This document shows, piece by piece, positions 53,101-64,000 of a stretch of 64,000 nt of DNA (the first letter of the stretch is position 1; each line of letters begins with the position of its first letter). Made by a program: the position numbers and the translations under genes. The stretch covers positions 3,210,265 through 3,274,264 of the forward strand of contig CM082597.2 of the NCBI GenBank assembly GCA_040954595.2, in the 5' to 3' direction. The notes under the pieces are model-generated. The model saw only the letters and a list, made by a program, of their open reading frames with translations, did no database searches and had not been told where the DNA came from. The stretch comes from Balanoglossus misakiensis. Its lineage: Eukaryota; Animalia; Hemichordata.

Positions 53101-53890
53101 AAAGGGGGTTAAGCATCCGAGAAAAGGCACACATGCACATGGATTGTCCTAGCGTTATTTTGTATGCAGGGGAGTATTACAGAAACGCTATGTCTAATCT
53201 AAACCTATTGATGGCTCAGAAGAGCAGCAGATCGCTGGTTTGCATATTTTATTTCTGAACCTTCGATCTGAAAAGTAAATCTTCTAACTGCTGAAACTGT
53301 ATAATCATGCTTGGAAAGAAATTCATTTCTCGAAAATTATGCCATTCGGCCATAATATTTTTCTTAGTATATGTGAGAAAGTAATTTACCTTTGTTATCA
53401 TTGTGTGGGTTAAAACATTGGGAAAAAGTGCTTGTCGTGGAATCCCAACAGCACCCAGCTTGTTCGCACAGATGTTTCGTAAAAAACCCACCCCGATTAC
53501 ACGGGTTTCTCAATGACTTCTTTATCCAGCATTCTGCGGGTCAAGAAGAAGAAAAAAACACTTACACAGGTGTGCTTTCTGGACAGACCGGTGCGAAGGC
53601 AGGAAGGACTAGAATGGTCTTTGCAAACCACTGACTTAGGTGCGGTCAAGTACTCTAAGATCATGTGTTGTTCCGATAAGAGGCTTTTCACAAGTACAAT
53701 GTCTCTGCATCTGTCTCGTCTCTATCCTGCTGTCTGTCACTCTCTCCCCCTCCCATCTTCCGCTCTCTCTCCCTCCCTCCAACCCTCCCACATATATTGA
53801 TGTCTGAAACATACCTTTGTGATCAGTCCATTCGGCTCTGGTGAACGCTACCAGCACACACATCATCCATGTTACAGTTTGATATTCCAT
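41134..53890 (-). CDS. GRL101/RXFP-like LDLa-LRR rhodopsin-class GPCR with extended lectin/CUB ectodomain and kinase-like C-tail; ~29 exons, ~1885 aa
   Basis: Exons: 53815-53890 (signal), 52757-53086, 52376-52401 (tentative micro-exon), 51912-52170 (F-type lectin-like: NIALNK..LLEFEVY), 51415-51534 (EGF), 50949-51227, 50239-50687+49890-50043 (F5/8C: PLGME..QITASS..PWIQVDF..RLEFYGC), 49369-49671 (PAN), 48529-48966 (CUB), 48099-48317+47895-47976+47470-47630 (CTL, QPD/WHD), 47270-47308, seven LDLa exons (46883-47002, 46545-46652, 46107-46229, 45838-45972, 45400-45567, 45103-45225, 44636-44755), 44299-44404 (LRRNT), LRR exons 44060-44155, 43779-43850, 43547-43618, 43223-43294, 41993-43008 (hinge FCCL..FSSCSDL + 7[21 protein letters not shown]), 41390-41637, 41134-41277. 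Total 5658 nt in frame. Confidence 0.88.
44840..44943 (-). pseudogene. Captured fragment of TRPC-B exon 9 inside a GPCR intron
   Basis: 44840-44902 matches 34217-34279 at 62/63 nt, and similarity continues after a 9-nt insertion. Translates as [30 protein letters not shown] versus [27 protein letters not shown] in TRPC-B. Confidence 0.9.
52226..52322. repeat. GA-rich purine microsatellite in GPCR intron
   Basis: aaagagaaagagaggagagagagttagagagagaatgggagaggaga...gagggagggag. Confidence 0.8.
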
Positions 53891-55051
53891 ATTCTTATAA
53901 ATTATCCTGTCTCCAAGTAAAGGAAATGACCAAAAAAACAACATTATCCTGTATTATACCGTGCTGAAAGTGGGAAGACTTTCTTACAAATATTTATTTT
54001 CCGTCTATGAAGTATGATTTCCAACAACAGATTATTCTACAATAAACTGACATACATTTTTAATCTGTGGGCTAACAGTATCACGCACCACTTTTTGAGA
54101 ACCCCCAGACCGTAAGTTATGATGGTTCCCTAAGATAGTCCGAGACAGAACGACCGATTTCAGTTGTCTTGTCTTTTGAAATCTTACCTTCTTGGTTTCG
54201 TCATTCAGGAACTGATGTGGCACAACGTACAGCCTGACTGATTGTCTTGCTACTGAATTAGCCAGACAGATGGTTGCAAACAACGATATGGGTGTAACCA
54301 TACTACATGCACAGAGATCAGTCACGTGAACATTTTCTAACGACAGATGATTCCATTAAATCATAGCCTCAGTTCTTGACAGAAATAAATTTCTAGGGTT
54401 ATACATTGTCCACTCCCTCGCTCGCGGCGTTTCCACAGAACATGTTGAAATAACGCAAATCTGTCGAGTGTTTATCTTGATGATCTGCTTACATTCAATG
54501 GCGTGGCACGCTCTTGATAGATGATATGCCAATAATCCCTGTTTTGCCAGTGGTGTTTTAGACCTACACGCAAATCGGGCAAATGCATTTTGCCACACAT
54601 TGTCATCAATCGCAACTCACAATGTTTTATATTGTTATTTTATTCAAAAGTGTCAAGATAGATGGTATTGTCATGTGGACATGATAGGGTTGCATCTAAA
54701 TGATGACATACCCATGGGGTAAATATGGAGACAATGAAACATACAATGTGCACAGTAAAATCACTTCTGAAATGGATAAGTATTCAAACAAAAATGCTTC
54801 TAATAATTGTGGATAATTTTTTTAAAAGTTCAAATTCTAGTAGAATATAATTTCTGAATCCGGAGCATTACATGTTCCATTCATTGTTATCTTAAAATCA
54901 ACAGTACATCTAAAGCAAGATTGTCTCGTCTCACAAAACTATGTAACTTCAAAATGCATACGATGATTTAAGTACGTACAACGTACAAATAGACTTCGTA
55001 AAAAGTTATGCCCGAATATTACAGAGTATTAATTTTATCAAAATGAAATTT

Positions 55052-58000
55052 CTAGTCACCCGAAATCAACTTTTCAAACAGTTGATACATCGGTGAAACT
55101 GATCCACTGCTCACATCTTCACTTTCTCTCTGAACAGGGTCTTTCTGTTTGGAGGTCACAGAAGGAGTACGTTTTGGGGTTTCAAGTTGATGCACCGTTT
55201 TACTACTAGCTCCAGTGGTACTACTGAAGTCAGCATGTACATCTTCCGAGCTGACCCCTTCCAAAAGTGTCTCCTCTGTTCCTGTCTCACTGGGAGAGTT
55301 GTGGACATCGACAACGTGCGAGGCTACTAGTGGCTCCATACTTGCGGCCAGTACGTCTGCTTCAGGTTCTCTTCCAAAAGATCTGTGAGTGATACTGCCA
55401 CTGGCGGGCTCTGCTAGTGGCTGTGCCTCTTCTTCGTGCCTAAGCTGGACCTTCATCCTCCGACACATATCTGATCCAAGGTCCTCCTTCATGTCGTGCT
55501 CGTATCGTGGGCGTATCTTCTGCAAGGAGGCATCTTCGAACCGCCTGAGTAGCTGTGCCTGTATCTCTTCGGTAGCTGCTGTGTCTTTACACTCTGCTCG
55601 AGTCAGAACCTCTTGCAGCTTTAGGATAGTCCTGAACATGCGCAGATTTTCATTTTGAGATGAGGCCAGCGACTGTTCAAGCCTCTGTACTGCTGCAAAC
55701 ACTTCGGATCTGAGAAACAAGAAAGAATAAATTAATTCATAATACTCTTTCTTTATACAAACAGGTTTCTATTTGTACTAGGCTTGATAGAGAGGGCAGG
55801 GTAACAGAACACGTGTCTTGCATGTAAAATACAGTGCAAGTAACTCAGAACGCGATACATGAAACCCAAAGCTCGCAAAAGATTGAGAAAGGTGGATTTA
55901 TAATACTTGTCGCTTGAAATACCTGAACTCTGACATATCGTCCTTAAAGTTCACAAACTCAGCAGATGAGATACAAGAATCATCACTTTCACGATTGGAA
56001 CTGAATTTCTTCTCAGCAAAATAACGCAACGTCAGTTGTCGAACTACACTCTGTAATAATGGAACACAAATGTGAGAGTTTTATGTGAAGAACTTATACA
56101 AAGACAGGAGGGTGCTTTAAAGCTAGAGGTACATGTACACATCTAGAAGGAGTAATTGGACTTGATGTCACATGTAAAAGAACCGCTGCATCTTCAAGTG
56201 CATAATGGTGTGAGTCACATGTTGTCAATTTTAAAATTTAGAGGGAAACGCTCATGCCCCGTTAATCGTTATGTCATTTACCAGATACTTTTGTTCTTTC
56301 TTCTTCACCTTCTCTCTGTTTTTCTGCAAAATGTAAATAAAATGTATGAGAATATTGAGAATAAGATTTCATTTAAATAGGAAAGCAGCTTTTATGTTCA
56401 ATATATGTGGTTTAACTATATATCTAGCGTATACATCTGAGTACATTGGCTTGTTAATTTAAATGAAATCGATCCTGACATGTCTGTGTAAGGCTCCCAG
56501 AAAACAGGAGCGCACAAGGGTGAGTGGCCGTGGACCAAAAATGCTCGACTTTTTGGGGGCATACCTGAATTCTCTTTCGAGCCGCTTGTCGACGCACGGT
56601 GTAGTAAAGCGAGCGCAATCCTGTGATGACAAACTTAGGGCTGGGAATAATGTTGAATGGTGGCGCCAGTGTTGACTTTCTGAAGTATTCGATCCACATT
56701 TGTGAGCGAGAAAATTTCCACTCTGTATCTGCGTTTTCCTGTGACAAAATGTGACACGACCACATCTCAGAAGATCAGCCTCCAGTAATAACAGTGTAAA
56801 TAGCATTTGGACAAAGAGTTTGTGGTTGGAAACTGTGATGACAAGAGAAACATTGACACGTACCTCTATTCGTGTGTAGGTGCTACTCATAACAGCGATT
56901 ATCAAGTTCAGCAACACAACAACAGCTACGACATAGTAAAAGCCATACAGCATCATTCCAAAATCTTCCGTCGATTTATGATTAGCGTTCACCTTCAAGT
57001 TTGCCAACTCCGACAGGCCAAACAAAGACCAAAACAATGTAGCCAAACTGCTTTTAAATCTGGATGACAAAAACGTTATTATTAGTAATGTTCTGAAGGC
57101 CATTTTCATGACCCCTACAAGACCTTAGATCCTCGTACATGTACTATATACAGTTGGTAAGAATCCGTCAGGTTTACTAAAAGAGCTGTAGTCAATAAAT
57201 TATGTACTGAGTTACAATGTGACTTTTTTGTCCCAAAATGTTGAATTTTGACAACCTCATACCAACGGAAGTACATTGACGTAAGGTCATATATGTGTTA
57301 TGAAAGTGACGTATTGTGGGATTACTTGAATGTGTCATGCGCAGACACTTTGACCGACTCAGATCCTGTGAGACAGAATCTTAGAGTTCACACCAAGTAG
57401 CTTTCAATACGGCGTCAATGTTGAGTAGAATAATGCAGGAGAAAGCTGAACTGTCTTTGTACTTACGATCCAAATGCCTTTTCATTGCATTTAGCATTTC
57501 CTTGCAGCAAACATTCCAGCTGCTCGCTGACGGAGTAACTCCAATACACTTGCGTCATACCCAGGGCGAAAGCAAGCCAGACTAACGTGAATATGAAGAG
57601 AAACCGGAGAATATCGTACACCATCTTGGTCAGAGATATCTGCATCGGTCCGACGATTTCACTGATCACCAGCATTTGTATGAGTCGCAGCACCGACAGG
57701 ACAGAGGCCAACGAGAAAAGTAGTTCGGATACTAGCGTTGGGTCCCACTGGTTCCAGTTTTTCCTTTCAGTTAAAATGGGAAGAGTGTAGGTATTTGAGA
57801 TCTGGTTAGTGTTTGATGAGGATTGCGTGATGTACGTTGACATGATTGTCGTCAGGTTCATGATGTATGCCTTGCAAGACTTCTCCATGACGTCAGTCAG
57901 ATTTTGAATCACTGTCGACTCCATGATGTCGATGACTTGGTTTGTTTGGCGGCGGGTTTCAATGTGTTCATTTGTAATTAATGTATTGGTGTCGACCACA

Positions 58001-61000
58001 GCGGCGTTGACGCCGAGACCTACGGGAATCACAGTCGCATCTGCTGGTAAACTTGGACCTCCAGAAGAAACACCTGGTTGAGTTGTGTTAACGTTGTCCC
58101 ATAGGGAGTCATTGACTGCTCTTTTCTCCAAGAGATCAAAGGGCATTGTCCTTGCTATTTCTTGTTGAATCTATAAAACCAATACATACAGTGAATCAAA
58201 CATTATCTGGTCGTGAAGAAGGAAGTGTCTGTGTATGAATCATCACTTGTCTGAACCTTAGTTAGAACTCTTAGGAGATAGATAAAGGCAGAATACCAGA
58301 AGATTGATGTTCCGACTGCTGACATAATCTTTTTGGTATCCTAACTGTAAGATGCTTTATGGCGAAGATACCAAGCATCTACTAGAATACCTATATCGGC
58401 ATATGTTATTTAGAAGTGAATATATGCTTCAGAGAACGGACACGTACCAAGACTATTGCCGTGACTCGAAGACTTATCCACGCCCAGAACAACGCCATCA
58501 TGGCAAAGTCCATGATATTCCAAGCTTCCCGGGTGTAGCGCCAGAATCCACTCTCCCAAGCCTCCTTTGCTTCTCGCCATGTCATGCCTAAGGTAAAGTT
58601 CACATTAAGGATATTATACATGGGCGGTGATCACCAAGGTTCTTAGATAGGATTTTATACATGGGCTATGATCACTGCGGTTTTCCAGATCTAATCTCGG
58701 AAGGAGAAGAAGACGGAATAAAGAAAAATTCCAACAATACCTAATAAAAAACACTTACCAACGATCCAGGCAAATATAGCCAATTCAATTGCATCAGGAT
58801 ATCTTCCACGTCGCTGTGTAAAAAGTTTGGAGACAGTTGCCGCGGGTAGTTTAGTATTGCCAGTGTAATACTCTATATATTCCTTGAAGAAAGGGTCAGT
58901 TCTACCAATGTCTTCAGCCGACAGGTACAGTAATACCAAGAAAGTGATAAAAGATGCCAGATGCATCAGGAATTTAACATACCTGTAAGAAAGCAATGTT
59001 TTCCATAATTCCATTGTGAGAATTTTGAGTAAGACGGCACTTATCATGCAAATTGCTGCAATGATTGTAAAGGGCTTTGTACACAGGTTTTGTATGCTAA
59101 AATCGCTCAAGAAAATTTTCACATTTAATGGAGCGTAACTCTAGACAGAGTACATTGTATGCAACTGAGTAGTTTCAGCCATAGGGTATATTGTATGCCC
59201 ACGTCACTAAGCCCCATCTGATTGACCTCACACAAAAGAGAAGTTTACAAAGGAACTTTGTCAGGCACATGCAGTGGGGGAAATTTACAAAATGTATCAA
59301 TAGCAGAAGTAGAGACAGTCACAGAATGGCGTACACTTCTAGACATTCAAAGAGATGTTTCGAAAAGAGTGAAGACCGTGCTCCGCACAGCGCCACTTAC
59401 GGTGTACGCATGAAATGTCCGCAAGAACCCACGGGCATCAGGAGGTAGCCAATGGAGCAAAAAGGAAAAGTCAGGCAAACACCAATCGATCGAACAACGT
59501 ATCCCCAGAAGCTTTTCTTCCGCCAGTGGTTCAATTCGGCGTACCAGTGCTGAGTCAGGAGCTCTTGACAGTGAGGATGGGCGACAAACTGAAAAAAGAG
59601 ATACAAATTGTCTCAAGACCACGTGAGATCTCGCGTGGTTAGGCAGTTTCTATGAGAGGACATTGCCGTGTGCCACAGGATAAATGACACTCGGCTAATC
59701 GTTTACAGAAAGCACTATTTAACTTGTTCTAATTGGCTAGCAAACTGTTCCTACGTAATCAACCAAGTCTCGTGAGATCTCGCAATAAGCGGAAAATGTT
59801 CTATTCATCCAAGACCCAGTGGCATCATACAGTACCCACCTTCTTTTGTTCCATGTCCATTGCCTGGAACGCCTTCCTTGGAAGACGGTCCATGCGTCCG
59901 ATGTTGTCCTGATACTTCAGCTTATCGTGGTGTGTCAAAATTGCCGTCTGCTCCTCCGAGTTCCGCGTGTGTCCTAGCAACGCTGCAGCAAACTCCTCGC
60001 ATCGCGCAGACAGTTCCTCATAGTCCTGACGAAACTCGTATTCTCGATGGCTCAGTACTCGTAAGCGAACACTCAGCTGCCAAAAACAGAATTTGTGTAA
60101 AGGGAGTGTAAGCTATATTATCAAGCAGAGAGAGACTACAGGCTTGAGTGCTGATATTTGTATTTTTTTCTTTGTAAATATTGAATACCAACAGAAGTAC
60201 GAAGGTCACAGAGGTCATTTATAGGTCATGTACCTTGAAAGCCCTGTCGATAGGATCTTCTTCAGTCAGCGAGATGTACGCCTCGCTGCTCAGCGCTCTG
60301 AACACATTCAACATCCCCAGAGAATGTTCTAGGGTGTCGTTCTCAGTGACGTAAGCACCTGTCTTCGGATCTTCTATGTATGCCCCATACTGCAACAGTA
60401 GCTGTTCAAGAGGAGATAAAGAAGCTTGATATCAAGGCTAATTTCCATAATATGCAGATATAGGTAAATAAGTGTAAACTCTCTTAAATCATGATGACTG
60501 CAACGGTGTATATGACAAATCAACCATGGTCTTATGATGACGTCTGGAAAATATGCCGTTCGTCGCAGAGCACATACCTTGATGATGTCATAACTATTCT
60601 GATGGGCAGCCAATATGATTGGTGTAACATCTGGATGGAAATCCTCGCTGTCTGCCTGGCAGTGAATGATACTGTGACCACCGTCCTTTGGAAATGACAT
60701 AAGAAAGTAAAATGAGCAGAAATTAAAATGTGTAACATGTCTTTCTAAATGTTGCTTTTCATCTTGTGTCATTTCGTAAAATTCTATGTTTAATTATAGG
60801 GTCGTCTCAGATTTGTTACAATTCAGTAAGAATACCTGTTGATGTCTCGCGAATTCACAGATGATGTGCACTCCTTGATAAAATTGGCCTTCCACAGCTA
60901 GCAAAAGTGCATCGCCCACCTCGACACCGTATTGTAAAAGGATGCGAAGAACATCTGTAATGAAGAGAAAAACGACCATCATGATCATCACCGTGGCATG

Positions 61001-61228
61001 TAAAAACGAGTACTCCGCACCCAAAGTGAATTGACGGATGAAGTTCTACATATTCGCACCTGCATGTCTTCCAATGATGGCTAGATGTATCGCCGACCTT
61101 CCTTTGCTGTCCTTTGCATTGACGTTCACCTTTCCTGCAAGTGACAGAGCGAATTCCACAGCCTGGGAATCACCTTTCTCCGCCGCTGATAGATACAGTA
61201 TCTCAAAGCTGTCGTCTGTACCTTCCAT
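55052..61228 (-). CDS. TRPC-family cation channel, paralog C; 14 coding exons, ~1084 aa
   Basis: Exons 61060-61228, 60836-60954, 60578-60685, 60234-60401, 59840-60076, 59401-59588, 58759-58982, 58448-58587, 57467-58170, 56864-57059, 56565-56738, 56282-56323, 55923-56050, 55052-55709 (3255 nt, in frame). Same intron positions and phases as paralogs A and B. Motifs: [55 protein letters not shown]. Minus-strand AATAAA at 54638-54643. Confidence 0.93.
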
Positions 61229-62674
61229 TACTTCACCTGGCTAGACCCATGGGTATACAACAATGAAAATGTATGCTATAGAGGCAAGAGAAAGTTAAGA
61301 TCAGATGATTTATTGGTATTCTATTTTTTAATCAGGTCGTTAAATGGTTAAATGTCCAATGCTGGAGGCCGCTACCTTGCAACAAGTCCACGTCTACAAA
61401 TAACCTTGTATTTAATTGGGTCAAGCAGATGGACTTACCTTGGTCTAAATGTGTTGTCCACCCGTTGTATGATCCTAACCCCTGGAAAGACCAAATAAAC
61501 GTTGGTCGGTTTCTATTTCTTGAGATTTGAAAAATCAGGGAATCATGTCCACGTCCACACTCGTCATAAACACTGTTTTCCTCAGATTTTCTTTGATCTA
61601 TTTCTGGCCTCCTTTCTCCAGACCGTTAGCATTGAAACCCCTGAACGTCTAAGACAGCCTGTGGCCGGGATCCGAGACCCTTTTCAGGTCAAAAACATCG
61701 AGTATACTCCGCCCACGACAGACTGTACCAACGGTCCCACAAACACAAGCAACTGCAGACTAAACCGTGTCCATATTCAAGACTTACCTTGCCTTCGTCT
61801 GCTAGACGTGACAACCGAACTATAGACCGGCCAGGTTCTAAAGACATATGAACGAGGGAACAACTCGTATTTGACTTCACCCTATCGCGGCTTTACAGAC
61901 TTTACATTGAAAAGAACGCCACAAGTTGAAAAGTTCGTGGTATGTGCGGATTTGAATAACAAAACGACACGAAGTAATTTTGCTTCGCCCGGTTGCAGAA
62001 TTACAATGGGAAACATAGATTGGTCTGTCTGCAACATAAGCACACAAGATTCAACATATCGTGGAGCCTGTGAACAAAGATGCACTGGCTTCCGTTTAAG
62101 CAACCAAATATCGCGACATGTCAGTGTATGAGTGTTAGTAGTAGTCTTTATGTTGTGTTTTGCTTGGTGTTCACATTTTGTGCCACTTGTATCATATTGA
62201 AGACGGTCAAAAGCCAGAGTTAGCACTGTCTGGTATTAGGCCTAAGTGCCAGTCCAAGAATTAGCATAAAACCAGATCATGACCTCTGGAGGACAGGCTT
62301 TCATAATAATGCTGTTCTTAGTGTGTAGGTTGGTTGTTACTTCATACGTGTAACGCAGGCCAAAAACGCCCTCTACATCCAGGTCGTTACTAATAGTGCA
62401 TGGTACCTTCAAAGCCCTTTAACCAGTGTTACTTGCTGATGTATTATGACGTCCCGAATTACTTTGTTGGCTGATAATATTTTTGAACGATAGTATTTTA
62501 TTCAATTAATGAACGAACACTTATACACATTAATGATTGCAAATGTCTTCAATGAATATGGTGTCAAAACAACCTCTCAAAAGAACACACGATAGCTGAA
62601 TTGGTAATTGTCAGAAAGCCAGGGATACCAAAATCTCGTTGCCGCATAGTTTCGTTATCGTATACAACGACACG

Positions 62675-64000
62675 ATGGCCGCGTCTTCTGATTTGGAACT
62701 TTTTCTCAACAAGATTGACGACGACTACGTGTCTTGTTCGGTCTGTCTGGATCGGTACAAGCACCCGAAAATTCTGCCGTGTCTACACACGTTCTGTGAG
62801 CAGTGTTTGAGCACCTGGGACTGGGTGGAGAAACACGGCGACCTGAACTGTCCGGTTTGCAAAGCGTCATGTCCAGTCCCCAAAGGCGGAGTGGGCAAAC
62901 TGAAAGCCAACAATTTCATGAGCTCGCTGGTTGATTTGGTAGTCCAGCAAAGAAAGTCCTCGTCTCAGGTGATCAAGGACACCTGCGAGACGTGCGAAGA
63001 AAACGCGGTGTCTCACGTCTGCGTGGACTGCTCGCAGTATTTTTGCGAGCAGTGCATCAAGGTACACCGGAAGATCAAAGCGACCCGATCACATCAGGTG
63101 AGAACGTTAGACGAAGCAAAGTCCATCACACCGTCCCTACCAGAACAAACAGTGAATTGTTCGGTTCATCCTGATAGCAAGGTGCAGTTTTACTGTGACA
63201 CTTGTCAAGTGCCTGTTTGCGTAGGGTGCACGGTCGTCGACCACCGAGTTCCAGAGCATGCGCACAGGCATCTGGAAGCAGTAGCCACGGAATACCGAGA
63301 ACAGCTGAGGAACGACATTGAAAATCTGAAAGAGAAAGAAGACGAAACAAAGAGAACTCTTGGCGTGGTAGAGAAATCCCGCGATAGAGTTCAAAAGCAC
63401 TTCCGGCTCGAACTAGAAAAGGTCAACAGTAAAGCAAAGGAAATAATTCAGGGGGTACAAGATAAACAGCAGAGATTGGTTGTTGAATTGCAAAGAGAGT
63501 GCGATGCCAGGGTGAAACAAATTGATATTCGCGCCGACGAATTCCACATCTACCACGGGAATGTCTCCAGTACGAGAAAGTATGCCGAGGTCATGTCGCA
63601 TCTTGGGAACGCCGTGGACTTGTTGTCTGCACGACCAGATACCACTGCCCGCACATCTGATCTCCTGGGAAAGGCAACTTCTTATGAAGAACAGATGGAC
63701 GTGGTGGAATTTGAGGCAAAAACGGACGCCGATTTTGCCAATTTCGGGTGGGTAAAGGCCGATGTGTGCGTCCAAAACTGTCGAATTGAAAACGCACCGA
63801 CAGAGTTGTGGAGAGGCGAATCAGTGCGCGTTGTGATTCGGTCAAGGGACAACACGGGACAGGATGTCATTCCGAGACAAAAACTACTCGGCTCGGTACG
63901 ACAACCGAACGGGGAAGTGAATAATCTTGAATTCGTCGACAATTATGACGGTACACATTCTACCATCATCACTGCGGACAGCAGAGGCACCTATCGTGTT
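62675..64000 (+). CDS. Intronless TRIM (RING, two B-boxes, coiled coil, filamin; NHL expected beyond window), paralog of 16271-18457; 3'-truncated by window edge
   Basis: ATG at 62675: MAASSDLELFLNKIDDDYVSCSVCLDRYKHPKILPCLHTFCEQC..CPVC; VDHRVPEHAHRHL; ends in NYDGTH..GTYRV at 64000. Collinear with the first TRIM and in the same frame from start to window end. Confidence 0.93.
   Translation, partial: MAASSDLELFLNKIDDDYVSCSVCLDRYKHPKILPCLHTFCEQCLSTWDWVEKHGDLNCPVCKASCPVPKGGVGKLKANNFMSSLVDLVVQQRKSSSQVIKDTCETCEENAVSHVCVDCSQYFCEQCIKVHRKIKATRSHQVRTLDEAKSITPSLPEQTVNCSVHPDSKVQFYCDTCQVPVCVGCTVVDHRVPEHAHRHLEAVATEYREQLRNDIENLKEKEDETKRTLGVVEKSRDRVQKHFRLELEKVNSKAKEIIQGVQDKQQRLVVELQRECDARVKQIDIRADEFHIYHGNVSSTRKYAEVMSHLGNAVDLLSARPDTTARTSDLLGKATSYEEQMDVVEFEAKTDADFANFGWVKADVCVQNCRIENAPTELWRGESVRVVIRSRDNTGQDVIPRQKLLGSVRQPNGEVNNLEFVDNYDGTHSTIITADSRGTYRV

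Noticed and set aside
58608-58690. Two imperfect ~42-bp tandem copies in a TRPC-C intron (similar small duplications at 32283-32340 and 37232-37271)
   Set aside because: Ordinary slippage duplications with no evident function.

Overview
Intron-rich eukaryotic (metazoan, probably invertebrate deuterostome) genomic DNA. I built seven protein-coding gene models by hand from GT-AG splice sites and reading-frame continuity. Three are paralogous 14-exon TRPC-family cation channels (+ 6000-11863; - 31656-37885; - 55052-61228). Two are intronless TRIM genes of RING-Bbox-Bbox-coiled coil-filamin-NHL type (- 16271-18457; + 62675 to window end). One is a secreted ADAMTS-like protein with a destroyed zinc site, followed by five C-type lectin and three EGF modules (- about 21449-30559). 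One is a roughly 1885-aa GRL101/RXFP-like LDLa-LRR GPCR with a lectin-rich ectodomain and a kinase-like C-terminal tail (- 41134-53890). All three TRPCs lack the canonical intracellular Zn-binding motif and carry a 110-135 aa extracellular S3-S4 insert with basic, convertase-like sites; one has a Gly-to-Asp change at the selectivity filter. Repeats include two MITEs, a nested ~1 kb tandem duplication, microsatellites, and a captured TRPC exon fragment inside a GPCR intron. No RNA genes or CRISPR arrays were recognised. All family assignments come from motif recognition, not database searches.
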